The translations under genes and the position numbers were made by a program. Under the pieces are notes generated by a model. That model was not told the DNA's origin, did no database searches, and saw only the letters and a program-made list of their open reading frames with translations. DNA of 62,600 nucleotides, counting the filler. It is 6 parts of 6 records of this genome, joined end to end, with 100 filler letters (N's around TTAATTAATTAA, not from the genome) between each part and the next. Parts side by side here need not be neighbours in the genome. Positions count along the whole stretch, not along the records: positions 47,382 to 59,138 come from SRR20825010_5129; positions 59,239 to 62,600 come from SRR20825010_5138; 4 more parts are not named here. One strand, given 5' to 3'. Positions 56,199 through 62,600 of the stretch are shown piece by piece. Numbering within the stretch: position 1 is the stretch's first letter; every line of letters begins with the position of its first letter.

Positions 56199-57137
56199 TT
56201 ACGCGCCGCCGTTGTCGAACTTCATGACTGGGATGCCGAGTTTGCGAGCTTTGTCGCTGAGGTTCTCCTGAATCCCGGTGCCGGGGAAAACCAGGACGCC
56301 TACCGGGAGCGTATCGAGCATCGCGTCGTTGCGCTTGAAGGGCGCGGACTTGGCGTGTTTGGTCCAGTCGGGCTTGAAGGCGACCTGCGGCACCTTGCGA
56401 TTGTCGGCCCATTTTGCCGCGATCAGCTCGGCACCCTTCGGGGAGCCGCCGTGCAGCAGCACCATGTCGGGGTGCTTGGCGTGGACCTGATCGAGCTTTG
56501 CCCAGATCAGGCGATGGTCGTTGAAGTCGAGACCGCCGGTGAAGGCGACCTTGGGACCGGCGGGCAGCATCACCTCGGTTTCCGCGCGACGCTTTGCGGC
56601 GAGGAAATCCCGACTGTCGATCATTGCCGAGGTCAGGTTGCGATGGTTGACCATCGACCCGGAGCGCGGCCGCCAGGCCGATCCGGTATGGCGCTCGAAC
56701 TGTTCGGCGGCGACATCGCGGAAGAGTTCCATGCTGTTGCGCCGCTCGATGAAGGTCTGCCCCTCTGCCGTCAGGCGCTCCAGCTCGACGGACTTTACCT
56801 CCGAGCCGTCCTGTTCTCTCTGGCCGCGACGCTGGGCCTGCTCGTTATCGTCGAGGTCGCGCTCTATCCGGGCGGTGGCGCGGTGGAAGAGATTGACGGT
56901 CGACCAGAGGAGTTCGTCGAGGTCGGGTTCGAGGCGGGTGTCGCCGAGGGTCACGATCAGGGCGTCGAAGATGTCGGCGACGGCGCCTGCGACGGCATTG
57001 CCTTCGGGGAGCGGCCTTGGGTCGGGTTCATCCTGAAACGGACGGTAGCCGTAGAGCTGGAGTTCGCTGAGGATGTGATCGGTAGGGGATGAGGTGTGTG
57101 GCGGTTCGAAATCTGCATCATCGTAATCGGTCATCAT
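56199..57137 (-). CDS. DUF2493 (YspA/SLOG-like) domain protein
   Basis: LQLYGYRPFQDEPDPRPLP N-terminus; C-terminal LLHGG.PKGAE..A..WA, APFKRND and FPGTG motifs. Confidence 0.85.
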   Translation of the reverse strand: MMTDYDDADFEPPHTSSPTDHILSELQLYGYRPFQDEPDPRPLPEGNAVAGAVADIFDALIVTLGDTRLEPDLDELLWSTVNLFHRATARIERDLDDNEQAQRRGQREQDGSEVKSVELERLTAEGQTFIERRNSMELFRDVAAEQFERHTGSAWRPRSGSMVNHRNLTSAMIDSRDFLAAKRRAETEVMLPAGPKVAFTGGLDFNDHRLIWAKLDQVHAKHPDMVLLHGGSPKGAELIAAKWADNRKVPQVAFKPDWTKHAKSAPFKRNDAMLDTLPVGVLVFPGTGIQENLSDKARKLGIPVMKFDNGGA

Positions 57138-57160
57138 GGTGTTTGCCCTTGTCGGTTTGA

Positions 57161-57372
57161 CCGCGCCCATCGCGGCCTTCGTGGCGACGGAAGCCGTCGG
57201 GCGGGCCGGACTGGCACCCGGAGCGCAGCGATGGGCTTGATGGCAAAGCCCGGCTATTTTGCTTCGCGCTGCAAAGCGTCCGAAGGACGCGGCGGAAAAT
57301 AGGCGGGCGCCGCCATTGCCTTTCCGGAGCGTTTGACGGCCGATCGCCCTCTCAGAAGGCCGTGGGCTGCGG
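57161..57372 (+). other. Long imperfect branched hairpin upstream of the DUF2493 gene
   Basis: Nested arms GCGGCCTTC/GAAGGCCGT, CCGTCGGGCG/CGTTTGACGG, CCGGA/TCCGG and CCCGGCTATTTT/AAAATAGGCGGG. Side hairpins GCGTCC-GAA-GGACGC and GC-GCA-GC. Confidence 0.7.
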
Positions 57373-57460
57373 CTCTTACGAACATCGAGCGAACACCCTG
57401 ACCGGATACGGCAGGTTTCGGGTTGCTGCGCACCTCAACCCCGATACGACCGATGCGGCC

Positions 57461-58498
57461 TCACGTTGCCAGAAACCGGCTGATGTCTTCAGGGACGATC
57501 TGAACACGTAACGCGGCCCGCAGAGCATCAATGCCGAACTGGCGCAGATCCTCATTGAAGTCCCCGAGCACCGGCGACATGACAACCGCCTCGATCCCGA
57601 CGCTTCTCGCCCGCTTGACCAGGCTGTCTCGCGCGCCATTGCCTGCCGGATCTCGGTCACGCAGGATATAGAGCCTCCGCAGGGTCGTGGGGAACAGGAT
57701 GGAGGCAAGGTGAGCCGCAGAGAGCGCCGCCAGCATCGGCATATTGGGAAGACCCGAGCGTGCCGACAGAACGGTCTCGATCCCTTCGCCGGCCGCCAGG
57801 ACGTCCTGCGCCCTACCGAAGCGGACGCCGTGCCCCAGGAGATTGCCCATCGCCCGCCGAGGTGTTTCGACAGGGGCTTTGTCGCTGCCATCGGGTAGGA
57901 GCCAGGTGCGATGTGCACCGGTCTGGACGCCGCCAAGGTCGGTGACGGCAGCGATCATCGCTGGCCAGGTCTGTGTGGGACTGCCATCCTCTGGCCGATA
58001 GTAGCAGCGCGGGTGGAACCGAAGGCTCGCCGTGTCGTGCAAAGCCGTAATCGCACGTTTCCGTAAATGCGTTTCCACGACTGTCCGGCGAATCGGCTGT
58101 GCCATCGCAAACAGACGCTGTGCCGCTTCCGGCGATCCGGCTGGCGCTGATCCCTGTCGGGATCGGGGAACCGGGTCAGGCTCGGGCCGCGGCAGGCTGA
58201 GGAAGGAACGGGCTTCCTCGGCAACGTCCTTAAAGTCGACAAGGCCGCAGCTCTCGCGGATGATGTCGAGCAGATCGCCATGTTCGCCGGTTGCAGCGTC
58301 GGTGAATTTGCCCGCAGCACCCTTGCCGGTTTCAGGTCCGCTCAAACGCACGAACATCGAGCGGCCCGGACTGTTCTGCGCATCCCCCACCACCCAGTAT
58401 CGCCCGGCGCGATGGCCCTTCGACAGATAGTGCTTGCACACTGCCTCGGCCTCCCGGCCGAGACGTTGCGCGAGTTCGGAGGCGTGATGGCGTGCCAT
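57461..58498 (-). CDS. Toprim domain-containing primase-like protein
   Basis: N-terminal DAATGEHGDLLD, HRTWL, GEGIET and DRDPAG toprim motifs. Confidence 0.88.
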   Translation of the reverse strand: MARHHASELAQRLGREAEAVCKHYLSKGHRAGRYWVVGDAQNSPGRSMFVRLSGPETGKGAAGKFTDAATGEHGDLLDIIRESCGLVDFKDVAEEARSFLSLPRPEPDPVPRSRQGSAPAGSPEAAQRLFAMAQPIRRTVVETHLRKRAITALHDTASLRFHPRCYYRPEDGSPTQTWPAMIAAVTDLGGVQTGAHRTWLLPDGSDKAPVETPRRAMGNLLGHGVRFGRAQDVLAAGEGIETVLSARSGLPNMPMLAALSAAHLASILFPTTLRRLYILRDRDPAGNGARDSLVKRARSVGIEAVVMSPVLGDFNEDLRQFGIDALRAALRVQIVPEDISRFLAT

Positions 58499-59138
58499 CT
58501 ATGCCGCCTCCCGTTCGCCGATGCGCTGGACGGAATAGCGTTCCAGGACTTTGGCGAGGATGGCCGGGCCGGAGGCATCGGTGGGGATGAACATCCGCAG
58601 CTTCCATGAGATGATTTCGTGGAACAGGCCGTAGGCGCGAAGGCGGTCTCGCATGACGTCGGTGAAGCCGGACAGTTCGATGCGGTTGGCGCTCATGACG
58701 CGGCTGCGTCGAAGCTGAAGCCCCTCGGTAAGATCGAGGATGGTCTTGCCGTCCATCAGCGCCATGAAGGCGTCTTCAGGCGTCAGGGTGGACGTGCCGG
58801 TGGCTGTTGCGCCCGCGACCCATGCAGGCGAGACGCGACGGCCCACGATACGCTCGCCATCGTCGGTCTGGAGCCGGTACACTCGCGTCGAGTCATTCGG
58901 CAGGCGTTTCCAGATCGGCAGCAAGAGGCCGCTGACGACATGGATCGTGCTGTCGACGAACTCTGGAACCTCGGCCACCTCTGTATTCCACGCTGATGCG
59001 AACATGGTCTGGTCCGCCTCGATCCAATGGGTCTCGTCCATCATTTTGATCGGAATGTTGTGGGCTTCCATCGGTCGGATCAACCGGACGCGGCGTTCGA
59101 TCTCGCCATCATCCAGCATGACGCTGGTGGTCGGGATC
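58499..59138 (-). CDS. C-terminus of a strawberry-notch-type helicase/methylase (5' part lost at contig break)
   Basis: GLLLPIWKRLP, RVYRLQTDDGERIVGR and EIISWKLRMFIP segments; precedes the toprim gene. Confidence 0.8.
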
Positions 59139-59238
59139 NNNNNNNNNNNNNNNNNNNNNNNNNNNNNNNNNNNNNNNNNNNNTTAATTAATTAANNNNNN
59201 NNNNNNNNNNNNNNNNNNNNNNNNNNNNNNNNNNNNNN
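59139..59238. other. Artificial contig spacer
   Basis: N44-TTAATTAATTAA-N44. Confidence 0.99.
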
Positions 59239-59561
59239 GCCTGCATGATCTGGCCGGACTGGCAGTAGCCGCATTGCGCAACCTGATGGTCGATCCACGC
59301 CTTTTGCAGCCGGTGCAGCGCATCGGGCGTGCCCAGCCCCTCGATCGTGGTCACCTCACCCCAGACATCGCCGATGGGGATCTGGCAGGAGCGCACCGCC
59401 TCACCGTCGATATGTACGGTGCAGGCCCCGCAGGCCGAAACACCGCAGCCAAACTTGGTCCCCGTCAGGTTGAGCGCGTCCCGCAACGCCCATAGCAGTG
59501 GGACGTTTTCGGGCAGATCCACCTCTTGGGCGGTGCCGTTGACGGTGAGCGTGGTGGCCAT
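59239..59561 (-). CDS. (2Fe-2S)-binding subunit of a molybdo-oxidoreductase (IorA/CoxS-like), 3' end cut
   Basis: [17 protein letters not shown] and [11 protein letters not shown] motifs. Confidence 0.92.
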
Positions 59562-59582
59562 GTCGTCCTCCTGACTGGTTTC

Positions 59583-59640
59583 TGACAGAATTAACCCATA
59601 GTGTCACAATGTCAATTGACAGTTTCGGGCGATTTTGTCA
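59583..59640. promoter_or_regulatory. Two TGACA-N14-TGTCA operators between the divergent 2Fe-2S and TetR genes
   Basis: Sites at 59583-59606 and 59617-59640, plus the palindrome TGTCAATTGACA at 59610-59621. Confidence 0.7.
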
Positions 59641-59650
59641 GGCTCTGCCC

Positions 59651-60235
59651 ATGATGGAGACATCCGAACCTGACCGCGTCAAGCAAGAGACCATTCTTGG
59701 GGCCGCCATGGCGGTACTGTGCCAATATGGCTATCGCCGCACCTCGATGGAGGACATAGCGCAGGCAGCGGGAATGTCGCGCCCCGCGCTGTATCAGCAT
59801 TTCCGCAACAAGGAAAACATCGCGCGGTGCATGGTGCAGGTCTATTTCGACCAGTCCGTGCAGGCGGTCACGCAGGCACTGGCGGGGCAGGGCACTGTGC
59901 CGGATCTTCTGCGCGCGGGCTACGCCGCTAAGACGGGGCCGATGATCCGCGACATGCTGGACAGCCCGCATGGCGCGGAATTACTGGACCTCAAGAACAG
60001 CCAAGCGCGCGATCTGGTCGAGGATGGGTCGGCCCGGATCACAGCGGTCTTTGCGGATTGGCTGACGCGCGAAGTGGCGGCAGGCCGGGTGACGCTGGAC
60101 GCCCCGGCGGGGGACACCGCCACCGTGTTGCTGCGTGCGCTCGACGGCATCAAACGCCCGCCCTATGCGCGGTTTGTGGCAGAACGGGACCAGCTGGCCA
60201 CCCTGCTGGGACGCGGCCTGCAATCGCCGCTGTAA
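59651..60235 (+). CDS. TetR/AcrR family regulator
   Basis: GYRRTSMEDIAQAAGMSRPALYQHFRNKE HTH. Confidence 0.92.
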   Translation: MMETSEPDRVKQETILGAAMAVLCQYGYRRTSMEDIAQAAGMSRPALYQHFRNKENIARCMVQVYFDQSVQAVTQALAGQGTVPDLLRAGYAAKTGPMIRDMLDSPHGAELLDLKNSQARDLVEDGSARITAVFADWLTREVAAGRVTLDAPAGDTATVLLRALDGIKRPPYARFVAERDQLATLLGRGLQSPL

Positions 60236-60419
60236 GCGCCGCGCGCCACCCGCAGCCGACATAAACCTATGCAAACCGTCCTTTGCGGGCGCAATCTGTC
60301 TCATGGGACAGCTTGCGCCCGTCGAATGGGCCGGTTTTGCGCAGCCCCGTTTGGGCAGCGTGATGCCCGTGCCATTGGTACGGTCAGGTCTTGGCGCACA
60401 CGGTAAAAAGGACAAAGAC

Positions 60420-60746
60420 ATGAAATTATCTCTTTTCACACGGATTGCCGCCGCCGCATTTGCTACCTTGTCGATCTCGCCGGTCCATGCCGATCCGTTG
60501 CTTACCCCGGCGGCGATGTCGGTCGACAGCCTGCGGATGATCCCGGCCGCAGGGGCGTCGCAATGCGACACCTCGTGCATGACGTCCTACGACAGCTGTG
60601 TATCGACCGGGTTGGCCGCGCAGGCGGTGGCCGACGATGAGGTCGTCTACGAAGAGTGCAGCGCCAAACTGGAAGGCTGCCGGGACGTCTGCATCAACCG
60701 GGGGGCCTGTATCACCGACAATTCCGGCTTTGTGCTTTGCCCCTGA
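60420..60746 (+). CDS. Small secreted cysteine-rich protein (108 aa, 8 Cys)
   Basis: ATG after AAGGA; signal peptide ending VHA; ordered Cys spacing. Confidence 0.75.
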   Translation: MKLSLFTRIAAAAFATLSISPVHADPLLTPAAMSVDSLRMIPAAGASQCDTSCMTSYDSCVSTGLAAQAVADDEVVYEECSAKLEGCRDVCINRGACITDNSGFVLCP

Positions 60747-60801
60747 CAGGTTGACTGCCAAGGGGAACGCCCTCGTCCATGCGCCGAACCTCCGGGTGGA
60801 T

Positions 60802-61551
60802 TTACACTTCTCCACCCGCAATCTGGATCGCCTGACCGTTCACGCTGCCTGATGCCTCATGGCACAGCCAGACCGCCGCCTGCGCGACCTCTTCGGGGGC
60901 GATCAGCCGGCCATGCGGGTTGACGTTGACCATGGTGGCGCGGGCCTCGGACTCGGACCGGCCGGTGCGCTGCATGATAGAGGTAACGTTCATGTCAACG
61001 ATGGCTGTGTCCACATAGGCGGGGCAGAGCGCGTTGAACGTATAGGGTTTCTTGGCGTAATCCGCCGCCAGCGCCCGGATCAGGCCCAACAGCGCGTGTT
61101 TTGACGCGGTGTAGGTCGGTGCGCCCTTCAGACCGCGTATCCCGGCAATCGACGACACCGCAATCACCCGGCCCCAATCGGTGTCCGCCATGGATTTCAA
61201 CGACTCGCGGATGGTCAGGAATGCGCCGTCGACATTGGTCGCCATCATCGTGCGCCAGAAGTCCATGTCGGTCTTGAGGATCGACCGCCCCTCGGCAATC
61301 CCGGCGTTTGGCACGCAGATCTGGATGGGACCACGGGCGGCCACCGCCTCTTGGATGCCTTGCACCACAGACGTTTCATCCATCACGTCCATCGCCAGAG
61401 GAAAGATCTGGTCGCCGCGCGCCGCCTCCAGCCGTTCGATCCGGCGGCCGGTGATCGTGACCTGCGCGCCCTCGGCCGCCAGCGCCCGCGCGATCGCCAA
61501 CCCGATGCCGCTGCCGCCACCAGTGATCAGCGCGTGTTTTCCGTTCAGCAT
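60802..61551 (-). CDS. SDR family oxidoreductase
   Basis: TGGGSGIG, PNAGI and YTASK motifs. Confidence 0.92.
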   Translation of the reverse strand: MLNGKHALITGGGSGIGLAIARALAAEGAQVTITGRRIERLEAARGDQIFPLAMDVMDETSVVQGIQEAVAARGPIQICVPNAGIAEGRSILKTDMDFWRTMMATNVDGAFLTIRESLKSMADTDWGRVIAVSSIAGIRGLKGAPTYTASKHALLGLIRALAADYAKKPYTFNALCPAYVDTAIVDMNVTSIMQRTGRSESEARATMVNVNPHGRLIAPEEVAQAAVWLCHEASGSVNGQAIQIAGGEV

Positions 61552-61630
61552 GAAACTCTCCCGTGTTGGCCGCAGCCTACAGCGGCAAAACCCTGTGACA
61601 AGAGGTCCGCGACGGATCGCTTGGCAATGC

Positions 61631-61648
61631 TATTCACGCATGTGAATA
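61631..61648. promoter_or_regulatory. Palindromic operator of ArsR (SqrR/BigR/SoxR) type
   Basis: TATTCACGCATGTGAATA contains ATTC-N8-GAAT and ends 25 bp before the MBL gene. Confidence 0.6.
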
Positions 61649-61673
61649 TGATGGTGATTACCGGGAGGATCTC

Positions 61674-62600
61674 ATGAAACGCTTTGCCCAGATCTCTGGA
61701 CTGACCTCTGTACTGGCCCTTTGCGCCGTTGCCGCAAACGCCAGCGAGGATATCGCCGACAAATACCCGCAATCGGAACTCTACGACAAACCTGTCGAGG
61801 TTATTCCGCATGTGTTTTCCGCCATCGGGGCCACCGCACCACCGACCTATGAAAATTCGGGCCACAACAACAACCTGTCCTTTGTCATCACCGGCGACGG
61901 CGTGGTGGTGATCAACGGCGGTGCCTCGGCGCGACTGGCCGCCGCCCTGCATGATGAGATCAAGGCCATCACGGATCAGCCGGTCAAGCTGGTGATCAAC
62001 GAGAACGGGCAGGGGCACGCCATGCTTGGCAACTCCTACTGGGCCGATCTGGGGGTCGACATCCTTGCCCATGACGACGCCATCCACGAGGTCGAGGAAA
62101 ACGGCGATTTCATTCTGCAAGGCATGATGCGCTACAATCAAGACAAGGCAGAGGGCACGCGGGTTGCGGTGCCCAACCTGTCATTCTCGGACGCCTACAC
62201 CGTGGAAATGGGCGATGTGACGCTGGAGGTGCTGCACCTTGGCTCGGCCCATGGGCCGGGCGACACGCAGGTCTGGATACCGCAGTGGGGCATCGTGATC
62301 GCGGGCGACATCGCGTTCCATGAGCGGATGCCGCCGATCTTTGCCGACACCTGCACCAGTTGCTGGGTAGAGACGTTTGACGGCCCGTTCACCGATCTGG
62401 GCGCAACCTATGTCATCCCCGGCCACGGCCACCCGACCAACATGGCGCAGGTGACGCGCTATACCTCGGACTACCTCAAGGATCTGCGCGCCAAGATCGG
62501 GCAGCACATCGACGATGGCGGCGATCTGGCCGGGGCCTACTATGTGGACCAGACCAAATGGGCGCATCTCGACACGTTCGAGGAACTGGCGACCAAGAAC
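61674..62600 (+). CDS. Exported MBL-fold protein, SoxH-like (runs off the window edge)
   Basis: Not in the ORF track. Hand translation from ATG 61674 (SD GGGAGG): signal peptide, GATAPPTYENSGHNNNLSFV, INENGQGHAMLGN, AHGPGD, AGDI and IPGHG. Confidence 0.8.
   Translation, partial: MKRFAQISGLTSVLALCAVAANASEDIADKYPQSELYDKPVEVIPHVFSAIGATAPPTYENSGHNNNLSFVITGDGVVVINGGASARLAAALHDEIKAITDQPVKLVINENGQGHAMLGNSYWADLGVDILAHDDAIHEVEENGDFILQGMMRYNQDKAEGTRVAVPNLSFSDAYTVEMGDVTLEVLHLGSAHGPGDTQVWIPQWGIVIAGDIAFHERMPPIFADTCTSCWVETFDGPFTDLGATYVIPGHGHPTNMAQVTRYTSDYLKDLRAKIGQHIDDGGDLAGAYYVDQTKWAHLDTFEELATKN

Larger units (their letters stand above)
47382..59138 (-). mobile_element. Backbone of an alphaproteobacterial conjugative element (Tn4371/ICEMlSym-like ICE or related plasmid); both ends outside the contig
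   Basis: Co-oriented genes: helicase/methylase, toprim, DUF2493, ssb, XRE, qseM-like, fseA-like, rdfS-like, repA, parA, RHH, DUF2840, traF, DUF736, lytic transglycosylase, relaxase. No integrase or att site is visible. Confidence 0.9.

Noticed and set aside
16840-59238. Five identical TTAATTAATTAA motifs flanked by N runs, as a repeat family or element boundary
   Set aside because: They are artificial six-frame-stop linkers. Gene neighbourhoods across them are meaningless, so no cross-contig system was inferred.

Overview
This window is not one locus. It is six unrelated contigs joined by five identical artificial 100-nt spacers (N44-TTAATTAATTAA-N44). Taxon calls below are inferred from gene content and protein style only. 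(1) 1-16839, Rhodospirillales-like alphaproteobacterial chromosome: pmbA, a plcP/glycosyltransferase/lipid-kinase phosphate-starvation lipid-remodelling cluster with Pho-box-like sites, DUF374-waaA-lpxK, M23 peptidase, xseA, purD, two c-di-GMP enzymes and an acetoacetate-CoA ligase. (2) 16940-26847, Rhodopirellula-like planctomycete: SIMPL protein, PTPMT1-type phosphatase, lpdA, lpxB and a sigma-54 two-component system, with REP-like palindromes at both contig ends. (3) 26948-33009, Rhizobiales-like: higBA with its operators, GH42 beta-galactosidase and De Ley-Doudoroff galactose genes. (4) 33110-47281, Marinobacter-like: galU, a short TpsB-like barrel, opgG/H/D, and the methylcitrate operon with its GntR operators. 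(5) 47382-59138, backbone of an alphaproteobacterial conjugative element (Tn4371/ICEMlSym-like). (6) 59239-62600, Rhodobacteraceae-like: 2Fe-2S subunit, TetR, a small Cys-rich secreted protein, an SDR and a SoxH-like MBL protein. The richest signals are in contig 5: a +1 programmed-frameshift FseA-type activator with a QseM-type antiactivator, an iteron/DnaA-box origin candidate inside the repA coding sequence, and two long branched hairpins upstream of ssb and DUF2493 that look like ssDNA-active elements. Other candidates are a CZB diguanylate cyclase missing three of four zinc ligands, a POTRA-less TpsB-like barrel, and a mirror-Cys secreted miniprotein. I found no CRISPR array, rRNA or tRNA. 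I cannot claim a wholly new system: most findings are variants of, or hidden layers in, known families.
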